From: Fervidobacterium sp.
GTDB lineage: Bacteria > Thermotogota > Thermotogae > Thermotogales > Fervidobacteriaceae
DNA length: 58,015 bases
Direction of reading: 5' to 3'
Assembly (NCBI GenBank): GCA_049970055.1
Contig: JBMFNR010000005.1
Span: 1 to 58,015, forward strand
A program made the translations under genes and the position numbers. Numbering within the stretch: the first letter of the stretch is position 1; every line of letters begins with the position of its first letter. Below are positions 1 to 8,598 of the stretch, piece after piece. The notes under the pieces are model-generated. The model saw only the letters and a program-made list of their open reading frames with translations. It was not told where the DNA came from and did no database searches.

Positions 1-1473
1 CAAAGATGTCCAAGATAAAATTATCTGCCAAATTTGCATTCTTAAATCCGAAAATATGTAGGTCAATGGAAAAAGTATCCCAAATGCCAAACTGATTGTG
101 AAACCCTCAATTAGAAAAACAGCTAAGATGGAAAATGGTTGGTTTTTTCCTTTCCCAGGTTTACTTAAACTGTAATAAGCACCAATAAGTGCGCTGAGGA
201 TAAAGAGCAAAATCGAAAATGGCAAAAATATCAACGCCAATTTGTTGTACCTGTGGAATAAAAAAGCAATTATGTTTATCAAAACAAGAAGAAGCGTATT
301 CAGTAATACCGGTACAAGTAATTTTGGTACGATCACAGTTCTTTGCTTCACAGGAAGAGTGTACAATAGTTCCTTATATTTAAACTCATCCATTGTTAAT
401 ATTCCAGATTCCATGGCACAGTAGAATACGGAAATAACAAGAAATGGCATGCTAGAACTAATGACGGAATTTGATACAAACATCATAAATATTCCGAAAG
501 CTGCAGGGTAAAGTATAAGAAAAATAAATTGCTCGTTTCGTTGAAGAAGCTTTATATCTTTCCAGAGAAAAACCCCTGCTTTTGCAGCGAACGATTCTTT
601 GGCCATTAATTCCTTGTTGCTAATTCTTTTAGAGCTTTTCTGGGTATTTTCGTATATGACTTTATCTGCGAAATACCAGAAGAGGATTGTTGCAAAGACA
701 GATATAAATATCGAAGATGTAAGCAAAATATTATTGCTAGAGTACGCCCACGTCAATACATTGTACTTGGATGTTGTGAATGATAGCCACCGTGCTATAT
801 TTTGATTCTCACCGAGTTTTGAAACGTCAATCCCTTGAAAATATGAAAAACCAAAATATACGAAAACTAACAGTAAAGTTATAATCACATTCAGCTTTTT
901 AACAAAGCTTTTGGAACTAAGTCCTCCTCCCAATACAGCAAAGAGCAGTGAAATTGACGAAATAAAAAACAGCTGAATTAAAGTCCTTAATATAAAGTCG
1001 ATCGACTCCACTTTCCATCCATTCATATAACCAAATACTGTAGCGAGGAAGAAAACCAGTGTAAATAGCTGGCTTGAGAGTGAAACTATAAGGTTGTAAA
1101 GCGTTAGAGTCCGTTTTCTAATTGGCAGTGTTAAGAGCAATTCAATTTCTTCTGTTCTTGAAAAAATGTACATACCAGTTCCGATAAAACCTACGATGTA
1201 AAATAAAGAAAATACCGTTACATTCATTAAAAAAAACATTTGGCCCACTTGGTGAAATTGAGGATACCATTTTAATGCATCGTAAAGTTTCGAGTAAATA
1301 CTTTTGTTTGAGATATAAATAAATATAAACATTGGAAGACTACCTATTATCAGCCTTATAAGATACGACAACGCCTTGTTTTCACTTTTTCTTTTCATTT
1401 TTGTCAAATTCGTTGATTGAGTAGCGGAAGTGGAAAGCCCAATGTATTTCATTAATAACAATAATTCACGCAC
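1..1473 (-). CDS. Putative ABC-2 type exporter permease (3' end runs off the window; missing from the ORF track)
   Basis: GTG at 1473 after GGTGAGG SD; translates VRELLLLMKYIG... with many hydrophobic segments and motifs EEIELLLTLPI, VFLWKDIKLLQR, TLPVKQRTVIVPKLL; no stops in the stretches checked by hand; downstream of an ABC ATPase. Confidence 0.8.
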   Translation of the reverse strand, partial: MRELLLLMKYIGLSTSATQSTNLTKMKRKSENKALSYLIRLIIGSLPMFIFIYISNKSIYSKLYDALKWYPQFHQVGQMFFLMNVTVFSLFYIVGFIGTGMYIFSRTEEIELLLTLPIRKRTLTLYNLIVSLSSQLFTLVFFLATVFGYMNGWKVESIDFILRTLIQLFFISSISLLFAVLGGGLSSKSFVKKLNVIITLLLVFVYFGFSYFQGIDVSKLGENQNIARWLSFTTSKYNVLTWAYSSNNILLTSSIFISVFATILFWYFADKVIYENTQKSSKRISNKELMAKESFAAKAGVFLWKDIKLLQRNEQFIFLILYPAAFGIFMMFVSNSVISSSMPFLVISVFYCAMESGILTMDEFKYKELLYTLPVKQRTVIVPKLLVPVLLNTLLLVLINIIAFLFHRYNKLALIFLPFSILLFILSALIGAYYSLSKPGKGKNQPFSILAVFLIEGFTISLAFGILFPLTYIFSDLRMQIWQIILSWTSL

Positions 1474-1541
1474 GCATCCTCACCACCGTTTTATAGATTA
1501 CTCTGAAGATACTTGTTGAGTAGTGATAGAAAATATTTGAA

Positions 1542-2285
1542 CTATAGTTGATCAACCAGTTCCTTTATATCATCTGATGCCGTTAAATTGAGGAATATGT
1601 CTTCCAGGGATTTTCCGTACTTTTCTTTCAATTCGTCAACACGTGACTCAGCTATAATTTGCCCTTTGTTTATTATAGCTACCCTGTCACACATTCTTTC
1701 AGCAATTTCAAGGATGTGAGTCGTCATAAAGATAGTTACACCTTCGCTTGCGTACTTTTGTAAAAGCTCTTTCAAAATCCTCGCACTTTTTGCGTCTAGC
1801 CCAACTGTTGGTTCATCCAAAAATAGAACTTCCGGTTTTCGCATCAACACAGATAGAAGCACTAGTTTCTGTTTCATACCATGGGATAACTCACCAACAA
1901 ACTTATCAAGATAATCGATGCCAAAAGCGTTACATAGTTCATCTATACGTGTTTGAAGGTTTTTCTTATCAAGTCTATATATAGCCATTATGAATTCCAA
2001 AAATTCGAATCCTCTTAAATGTTCGTATATCTTAGGCTCATCTGGGACTACACCTATTCGGCGTTTGATTTCAATCTCATGTATACGCATGTCCAACCCA
2101 AGAATTTCTACACTTCCAGTCGTTGGTTCTAAGGTCCCCGTAAGCATCCTGATGGTTGTTGTTTTCCCCGCGCCGTTTGGACCGAGAAATCCGAATATCT
2201 CACCTTTTTTAATATCGAGGTTTACATTGTCTACAGCAACAAAGTCACCAAATTTTTTCGTTAATCCAACTGCTTTTATCATCAT
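1542..2285 (-). CDS. ABC-2 (CcmA/DrrA-like) ATP-binding protein
   Basis: Walker A GPNGAGKTT, signature LSHGMKQK, Walker B LFLDEPT, H-loop TTH; start moved to ATG 2285 after GGAGG SD. Confidence 0.93.
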   Translation of the reverse strand: MMIKAVGLTKKFGDFVAVDNVNLDIKKGEIFGFLGPNGAGKTTTIRMLTGTLEPTTGSVEILGLDMRIHEIEIKRRIGVVPDEPKIYEHLRGFEFLEFIMAIYRLDKKNLQTRIDELCNAFGIDYLDKFVGELSHGMKQKLVLLSVLMRKPEVLFLDEPTVGLDAKSARILKELLQKYASEGVTIFMTTHILEIAERMCDRVAIINKGQIIAESRVDELKEKYGKSLEDIFLNLTASDDIKELVDQL

Positions 2286-2337
2286 TATTGCCTCCATCCA
2301 ACGATTTATGTACAGATACATCCACCATTATTTACCA

Positions 2338-5300
2338 TCATCTACCTATGATTTTATACATTGGCAAAGTAAGCGCCGAAATCGGCTTTACGTCTGGTAA
2401 ATTTGAAATATCGTACAGCAGTAAGCCATTGTCAGAAACAATTACTAAATATCGTGAGTCTGCTACTGAATGGAACGCGTAAGTTAGACCATTAAACGGC
2501 AAAGTAGCCAATAGTTTTCCAGTAGCGTCTAGTATCTTCACGCCGAATCCGCCACCCGATACAAAAACTTTATCGGCATACCAAGAAATATTCCTGGCAG
2601 GCGCACCTTCGAAAACGGGGGTTTTTGTAAGGTTATCACTTGATACTTCAGTGAGTGAGACTCCATTTCGGTCAAGTATCCAAATTCCGTTGAATTCACC
2701 ATCAGCAACAAATATTCTATCAAAATACTTATCGGTGGCTACGGCAAGATCATTTCCGGGATTGTACTTCTTTAAATTGAACCCCTGTTGCCCTTCTTCT
2801 ACAACATAATAAGGTGTTGGGATTTGCCTTTCGTTAGTAAAACCAGTTACGTTCCCAGAAGTATCGGTATTTATAGTATATCTTACAATTCCAGCGGGAC
2901 CTGCTGAAACAAGAATATACGATGGTTTTTGATTTTGAGAAAGATAATCGACAACAACTTGTATAGATTTTGGTTCAACGTTTTCATGTATTTTAAAATG
3001 CGGAATGTTTTGATCTATAGTTGCAGGTAAAGTAACAGAAATTGATTGGTAGTTACCATTGTTGTCAAATAGATCAACCACGTTGTGTCCCGATTTGTCA
3101 CCAAGAACGTAAGCTCTTCCTTGAGCGTCTATTGCTACATCAAATACTTTTGCATAAGCACTCAGATCAAGTGGAGTTGCTGCTGATAGTGTTAATGTGT
3201 TATAGTCAAAATCATAAAGCTTGGCAACTTTTCCATCGTTATTTACAGTAGCAATTTTGGCCACCTGTTCCGTACTACCTTTCGGTACAGCTTTTATTTT
3301 CACGTCAATTTTATTTAAGTACTGACCTGTTTCGTATTGCCTTATGGTGGGTTCTAATGGATTTCTAACATCAATTATATACAATCCGTTGCATTTTGTA
3401 CCATCTCCCACCAAGAAAACAAAATTGTTTATGTAATTTGAGTCGAATGCCTTGTAAATCTTGTTTGGTTCAAATGGCTGATCATTTTTGTAAGTTATCA
3501 ATCCTCTTTTTCCGTCAACAACTATAGCATCGCTGTTTCCAACAAACAGTACATCGTTAAACTCTCCACCAAGGTCAAATATAACATCCACACTACTTAG
3601 CACAGAAGTCCACTTTTTAATTCTATCAATAGAAAACGCGTAAAGGCTATTTTTAGCAATTTTTATCCCCCTTACATCAGTATCAAATTGACCGAGGCTT
3701 GTTATCGAAGCTGTTGGAAGTATCCCAGATGAACTTTCCGCATCCGATAATTTCACAAATTTCACATCTTTGCCTTCCGAAAAAGCGATGATTTGCATAT
3801 TATCGAATTGCCCAATGTCTATGGTGGTTACCTGAGCATCGTAAAGTAAAGTGATGTCGTTGATTGTAATATTGGGAATGTTCGATAAATTGACTTTTAA
3901 TAAACCACCGACACCATTAGTTATATACGCTTTGGTTCCTGACAATTTTATTGAAAACACTGTACCACGTGTTATATCAATCTGAGTTTTTTTATTCTTG
4001 GTTGAACTTGTAATAGCAGATTTGATCGGTAAATTGACGGTCGTAAGTTTTCGTGCAAAGTTTTTGTTTGTCAATATTGGATTTTTTGGATCAGTTAGAT
4101 CCACTATGCATATTCCATTGCTCCCTTGTCCGACAATTGCATAGTTTTTGTAGAGCTTTATCGCTGTTAAAGTTGTTCCTAAATCCACCTTTTTGACTAT
4201 CTTCGGTGAAGCTTTATCTGAAGCGTTTATCACGTAAAGATTAGTACCACCTACTGCGTATATGTAGTCTTCAGCAACATCGAAGTCGGTAAACACTCTA
4301 TTGTCATCATTGACAATGTATCCTTCGATTTTAACAGTGGGTAAACTATAGTTGTTTGCAATCGTTACCATCGACTTACCATCAAAACTTTTTGAAAGAA
4401 TATAAGAGTAGTCTAACCTTGATACTGTTGTAAACAATACTGTCGTGCTTGCCGTAGCCATTTGTAAATCATATGCCTCAACAATAAGTTCATAGTTCGT
4501 ATCAAAATCTAGATTCGTTAATATTGCCTCTGTTGAAGTTGTTTCAAGCGTAGTTACAGTATTTGGTCCCTCCTTTAGAAAGACTTTGTACTTTAACACA
4601 TCACCTTCGTCGGGATCTTTTCCTTTCCATCTAACAGTTAGCGAAATCGGAGTTCTCTCACCTTGATACGGCTGTATAATACTTACCTGAGGTGGATTGT
4701 TTTGAATTGTTAACGAGCCTATTAACTCACTCTTTTGGTTTGTGCTACCAAATTCATCTTCTGCATAAACCGTGACTTGGTAATCATTTTTTAGTGTTGA
4801 AGTTTCTATTTCCTTTCTTGTCTCGTTCCACATAGTTATTACCTTACCCGAGCTATTAAGAATTTTCCCTTGTACTTTGACAATCCTATCGCCTTCATCA
4901 TCAACAACTTCAACAATTAGTTTTTTATGTACATTGTCAACGACAAAATCTATTCTCGGAGCCAAATTATTGATTTTTAAGGATTTACTGTACAAATCTT
5001 GCAAAACTAAACTTGTACCTTGTAGACTGTACAACTTAATAATCATCTTATGGTCAACATCGAAGAATCCTTTGCTCAATTCTAATTTGTCGTTGTAATC
5101 TTTCAATTTAAATACGTTACTGTTAGATTCTTTAAAAATAGTGATTCCGTCAATTTCAACACTATACTTTGCGTTTGTAGAATCTTTTGAAACAATTTCA
5201 AACTCCCCTGTTCTGTCAACGTTTACAGGTTCTGTCATGTACTGCATACTCTGTGAATTGTATTTCACACGCACTATTTCGTTCACCAGTGATGCGTTTA

Positions 5301-5973
5301 ACCTTATGAATCTTGTTACAAAAGATTCCGCACCATAAGCGTCTTTTGCATTTATTTTTAGCGTATAAATATCTGGAGTTAATGATATTTTTGCTAAGTC
5401 AATCTCAACATCTTTACCAGTCGTACTCCATATGACCGAATTATCAGAGCTTCTAAGTATCTGTATACTTGTGGACACAACAGGATCACCCTCAGGGTCT
5501 TGAATAGATATATTTATCTTTGTTGCATCTGGGCTGATATCATTCGGATTTATGTTTATGGATGGTGGCAAATTTATTATGGTTACCTTCTTAGTAATAG
5601 TCACAGATTTTCCATTTGGACTAGTCGCAATTATTGAGAGGTTGTGTTGACTTTTGAAAAAACTTTCGCTTAATAGATTCTTTATGACTTCATTATTTTC
5701 GTAATCTTTAAACTTAAACTTATCTTTATTCCTTTCGTTCACCAGAGTAATTTCGTCTAATTTCCACGTATATATAGTTCCATCGGCCAAAGTTCCGTTA
5801 ACTGTAATTTCCTTAGACCTTTCAATTTGAATAAAGTCGAGATCCTTGTAATCTTTTCCATCATAAATGATGTGCGTAATCCTTGGACTTGTGTTCAGAA
5901 CGCACGAATGGAAAGTTGATAATAAAAAAAGCAGCATGAAACCAAACATGGTGGCTTTAACAAATTTAACCAT
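2338..5973 (-). CDS. Large putative lipoprotein: duplicated Ig-like modules, FN3-like domain, LVIVD-repeat beta-propeller region
   Basis: Signal peptide ending FHSC; N(L/N)(P/A)P..D(P/D)EGD modules; FN3-like LDFDTNYELIVEAYD; LVIVD-like repeats (LYVINASDKASP, ICIVDLTDPKNP, LYIIDVRNPLEP, LLLYDISNLPDV). Confidence 0.75.
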   Translation of the reverse strand: MVKFVKATMFGFMLLFLLSTFHSCVLNTSPRITHIIYDGKDYKDLDFIQIERSKEITVNGTLADGTIYTWKLDEITLVNERNKDKFKFKDYENNEVIKNLLSESFFKSQHNLSIIATSPNGKSVTITKKVTIINLPPSININPNDISPDATKINISIQDPEGDPVVSTSIQILRSSDNSVIWSTTGKDVEIDLAKISLTPDIYTLKINAKDAYGAESFVTRFIRLNASLVNEIVRVKYNSQSMQYMTEPVNVDRTGEFEIVSKDSTNAKYSVEIDGITIFKESNSNVFKLKDYNDKLELSKGFFDVDHKMIIKLYSLQGTSLVLQDLYSKSLKINNLAPRIDFVVDNVHKKLIVEVVDDEGDRIVKVQGKILNSSGKVITMWNETRKEIETSTLKNDYQVTVYAEDEFGSTNQKSELIGSLTIQNNPPQVSIIQPYQGERTPISLTVRWKGKDPDEGDVLKYKVFLKEGPNTVTTLETTSTEAILTNLDFDTNYELIVEAYDLQMATASTTVLFTTVSRLDYSYILSKSFDGKSMVTIANNYSLPTVKIEGYIVNDDNRVFTDFDVAEDYIYAVGGTNLYVINASDKASPKIVKKVDLGTTLTAIKLYKNYAIVGQGSNGICIVDLTDPKNPILTNKNFARKLTTVNLPIKSAITSSTKNKKTQIDITRGTVFSIKLSGTKAYITNGVGGLLKVNLSNIPNITINDITLLYDAQVTTIDIGQFDNMQIIAFSEGKDVKFVKLSDAESSSGILPTASITSLGQFDTDVRGIKIAKNSLYAFSIDRIKKWTSVLSSVDVIFDLGGEFNDVLFVGNSDAIVVDGKRGLITYKNDQPFEPNKIYKAFDSNYINNFVFLVGDGTKCNGLYIIDVRNPLEPTIRQYETGQYLNKIDVKIKAVPKGSTEQVAKIATVNNDGKVAKLYDFDYNTLTLSAATPLDLSAYAKVFDVAIDAQGRAYVLGDKSGHNVVDLFDNNGNYQSISVTLPATIDQNIPHFKIHENVEPKSIQVVVDYLSQNQKPSYILVSAGPAGIVRYTINTDTSGNVTGFTNERQIPTPYYVVEEGQQGFNLKKYNPGNDLAVATDKYFDRIFVADGEFNGIWILDRNGVSLTEVSSDNLTKTPVFEGAPARNISWYADKVFVSGGGFGVKILDATGKLLATLPFNGLTYAFHSVADSRYLVIVSDNGLLLYDISNLPDVKPISALTLPMYKIIGR

Positions 5974-6055
5974 ACAGCTCCCCCCTGAATATTCCTGAAT
6001 ATTTTCAGATTTTCAATCTGATAAATATTTTACCATAATAATGTTTTAAATATGT

Positions 6056-7015
6056 TTATTTTTTTGCTCTCAGTAGCCAAAACATGAAAGGAGCACCAAG
6101 TAGGGATGTTATTATTCCTACGGGGATTTCAATAGGATTGAGGAGTATACGCGACAATGTATCACATATAGACATAAGCATTCCACCAATGAATATCGTT
6201 GCCAGTATGTTTTTTCTATGTAGCGGTCCCGCAATTATTCGTGACATATGTGGAACGATAAGTCCAACAAAGCCAATTATTCCCGTTTTTGAAACGAATG
6301 CGGCAGTAACAAATGATCCAAGTAAGTAAAAAAGCCACTTAACGCCTTCAACATTAACCCCAAGACTTTTTGCTTCTTTCTCTCCTAAGGACATTGCGTC
6401 GAGCTGTTTGCTAAAAAGAATGGAAATAATAATAAATGCAAATAATGAAAACAATGGTAAAGGTAAATCTGAAAATGTCGTTCCAGAGAATGATCCAAAT
6501 AACCAAATATGCCCGGTGACAAGTGTTTTGTTCGCAATGTTGAGTAAGAGCATGCTACCAGCGGAAAACATCGTACTAACAAGTACACCACTGAGGACTA
6601 AATGGACAACTGGTATAGCACCATCTCTTTTTGCCAGTAATATTGTCAGTAAAGAAGCAATGACGGCAAAAATGAAACTCACGGTTGGTATACTAACATG
6701 AGCTATCGAGTTTACAATGAAATAAATTGCAAGAAGTGCTCCAAAACTTGCTCCGGCCGATGTACCAACAATGTACGGGTCCACAAGCGGATTTTTCATT
6801 ATCGCTTGGAACGTGTTGCCAACAAGCGACAGCGCTACACCCGTTAAAGTTGCCATTAATACGCGAGGGAACCTTAGATTCCAGATCATGTACCTTTCTG
6901 GTGAGTCTTCAAAGAACAGCTTGAATAGCTTAAGGAAACCAACATTAACTGTACCGAGTGATAAATTAAGCATAAATACAATGACAAAAATAATGGGGAG
7001 CGAGTATCTCCCCAT
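6056..7015 (-). CDS. btuC: FecCD/BtuC-family ABC permease, probably for cobalamin
   Basis: Motifs LRFPR, QAIMKNPLVDPYIVG, AKSLGVNV, IGFVGLIVPH, EIPVGIITSLLGAPF; lies under a cobalamin riboswitch; start uncertain (ATG 7015 or TTG 7045). Confidence 0.85.
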   Translation of the reverse strand: MGRYSLPIIFVIVFMLNLSLGTVNVGFLKLFKLFFEDSPERYMIWNLRFPRVLMATLTGVALSLVGNTFQAIMKNPLVDPYIVGTSAGASFGALLAIYFIVNSIAHVSIPTVSFIFAVIASLLTILLAKRDGAIPVVHLVLSGVLVSTMFSAGSMLLLNIANKTLVTGHIWLFGSFSGTTFSDLPLPLFSLFAFIIISILFSKQLDAMSLGEKEAKSLGVNVEGVKWLFYLLGSFVTAAFVSKTGIIGFVGLIVPHMSRIIAGPLHRKNILATIFIGGMLMSICDTLSRILLNPIEIPVGIITSLLGAPFMFWLLRAKK

Positions 7016-7046
7016 CTTTATGAAAAATGTCTTTATCCTCGACAAC

Positions 7047-7937
7047 TTATTTCTCTCCATAGAAAAAGTTGAAGAATATATCAAGGTACTTAAAAATATG
7101 AGGAGCTGCTTGGCTTACTTCATTACCATCTACAACAAAAACTCTATTATTTTTAACAGCTTTTAAGTTCTTCATGATTGAGTGATTTTTAGCAGCTTGT
7201 TCTGCTGCCTTTACATCACCATACGATCCTATGATAATTACATCAGGATCTTGTTGGACTAACCATTCCCAGTTTACAGATAGCCAACCGTTGCTCCCAG
7301 TGTATGGGGCTGCTATATTTCTTCCACCAGCGATGACTATAAGTTCGTTCATGTAAGAACCTGTACCTGCGGTCCAAAGTTCTTTCGCCTTTTCATCAGG
7401 CACGGTTATTGTAAAAAATACTGTTGGCCTTTTTTCAAGAGGTATCTTCGATGTTTTTTGCCCCACTTCTGTCATTTTATTGCGTAATTCAGTCACAATT
7501 TGATCAGCTTTTGATTTTACATTGAATATCGCACCAAGCTGACCTACCGCTTTTATAATATCCGTAAGTGTGTTCGCATTCAAAACATACGCGGTAAGGT
7601 TCGCCTTTTCGAGTTTTTCAACTTCAGGAAATTGAAAACCACCAAAAGTTATGACTATATCTGGTTTTAACGAATAGATCTTTTCAATATTCAGAGGAAC
7701 CATGTTGCCGATGTTCTCAGCCTTTTTATAACTATCCCAAGCTGTCACACCAACTATCCTATTTTCAAGACCAAGTGCTTGCAGATACCTCGTTGCGCTT
7801 GGAGCTGCCGAAACAACTCTCCGCGGTGGCATTGGTATGTTTACAATTCTGCCGGCATCATCAACTACCGCAACAGCCAAAGAGAAAACCGTTAGTAACA
7901 AAAGTGTTAGAAACGCTACCTTTCTAAGTACGTTCAT
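7047..7937 (-). CDS. btuF: Cobalamin-binding periplasmic protein
   Basis: Signal peptide; VVDDAGRIV..PRRVVSAAPS, NIEKIYSLKPD, DPDVII, AVKNNRVF motifs of class III binding proteins; first gene after the riboswitch. Confidence 0.88.
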   Translation of the reverse strand: MNVLRKVAFLTLLLLTVFSLAVAVVDDAGRIVNIPMPPRRVVSAAPSATRYLQALGLENRIVGVTAWDSYKKAENIGNMVPLNIEKIYSLKPDIVITFGGFQFPEVEKLEKANLTAYVLNANTLTDIIKAVGQLGAIFNVKSKADQIVTELRNKMTEVGQKTSKIPLEKRPTVFFTITVPDEKAKELWTAGTGSYMNELIVIAGGRNIAAPYTGSNGWLSVNWEWLVQQDPDVIIIGSYGDVKAAEQAAKNHSIMKNLKAVKNNRVFVVDGNEVSQAAPHIFKYLDIFFNFFYGEK

Positions 7938-7959
7938 ACATCCATACCTCCTCTATGCA

Positions 7960-8000
7960 AAAATTTACAGCCATCCCCAGGCAACGTGGTGGATGGCTAC
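7960..8000 (-). terminator. Hairpin in the riboswitch expression platform (terminator-like)
   Basis: Minus strand GTAGCCATCC...GGATGGCTGT stem followed by AAATTTTTG, between the aptamer and the btuF SD. Confidence 0.55.
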
Positions 8001-8158
8001 CTTCCTTTGCATGTCAGGTCTCCCGACTTGTGGATCATCCTACGCTCCACGCCTTCCCAGCTTACGCTAGTGGCATTTTGTGGAGTTCGTCCCCACTTAC
8101 GGTGGCGGCCCCGTGCCGGATTTCCACCGGACTTCCCTTAGACATGCAAAGGGAGGCA
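7999..8158 (-). ncRNA. Cobalamin (AdoCbl-type) riboswitch
   Basis: Minus strand AAGGGAAGTCCGGTGGAAATCCGGCACGGGGCCGCCACCGTAA...GCCACT...GGGAAGGC...AAGTCGGGAGACCTGAC (B12 box), closed by TGCCTCCCTTTGCATGTC/GACATGCAAAGGAAGGTA; upstream of btuF. Confidence 0.95.
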
Positions 8159-8179
8159 TATTAATTTTCAACCGTACAT

Positions 8180-8208
8180 ATTATAGCTCAGTTTAGCAAA
8201 AAGTTCAA
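8180..8208 (-). promoter_or_regulatory. Sigma70-type promoter of the riboswitch-btuFC unit
   Basis: TTGAAC-17 bp-TATAAT on the minus strand, about 20 nt before the aptamer. Confidence 0.7.
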
Positions 8209-8226
8209 TAGCTCGTTCGGAAAGAT

Positions 8227-8598
8227 CTACTTATTTTTAAAAGCAGCTCTTTTTAGAGAAATTATATTGTAAATGCTGTACAATGATGAAACAATTAATA
8301 ATAGATCAGCATCACTTAACTTGTAAATTTCGTTATTGGTGAGTAAATTGATAAGCGAAAAAAGAAATGTCAAAAGTATGTAAACACCAGCAATAACAAA
8401 AAGTATACTCCCTACGTAGAGATGAGCTACCCTGTAAGTTAGTACACTTTTCCCAAATTCCCTAAAGCCTGAAAGGAAGGTAAGTGAGAAAGTAAAAATT
8501 ATCGCTGAGAATACGTACTGATGCTCGATGAGATATAAAATAGTAGTAGATAGAGAAAAGAATATGGAAATCCAAAGCGAGAAATTTATCGACTTCAT
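8227..8598 (-). CDS. Small membrane protein (about 4 TM), translationally coupled to feoB
   Basis: 123-aa hydrophobic ORF with ATGA overlap with the feoB stop. Confidence 0.75.
   Translation of the reverse strand: MKSINFSLWISIFFSLSTTILYLIEHQYVFSAIIFTFSLTFLSGFREFGKSVLTYRVAHLYVGSILFVIAGVYILLTFLFSLINLLTNNEIYKLSDADLLLIVSSLYSIYNIISLKRAAFKNK

Noticed and set aside
1542..2285. ABC ATPase as the missing BtuD
   Set aside because: Motifs are of the ABC-2/CcmA type and it has its own adjacent permease
5984..6021. Direct repeat CCTGAATATT x2 and inverted repeat TCAGAT-N5-ATCTGA upstream of the lipoprotein
   Set aside because: Could be an operator, but too short and AT-rich to support, with no second copy noticed
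7955..8164. 69-aa + strand ORF
   Set aside because: Antisense to the GC-rich riboswitch, which explains the lack of stops
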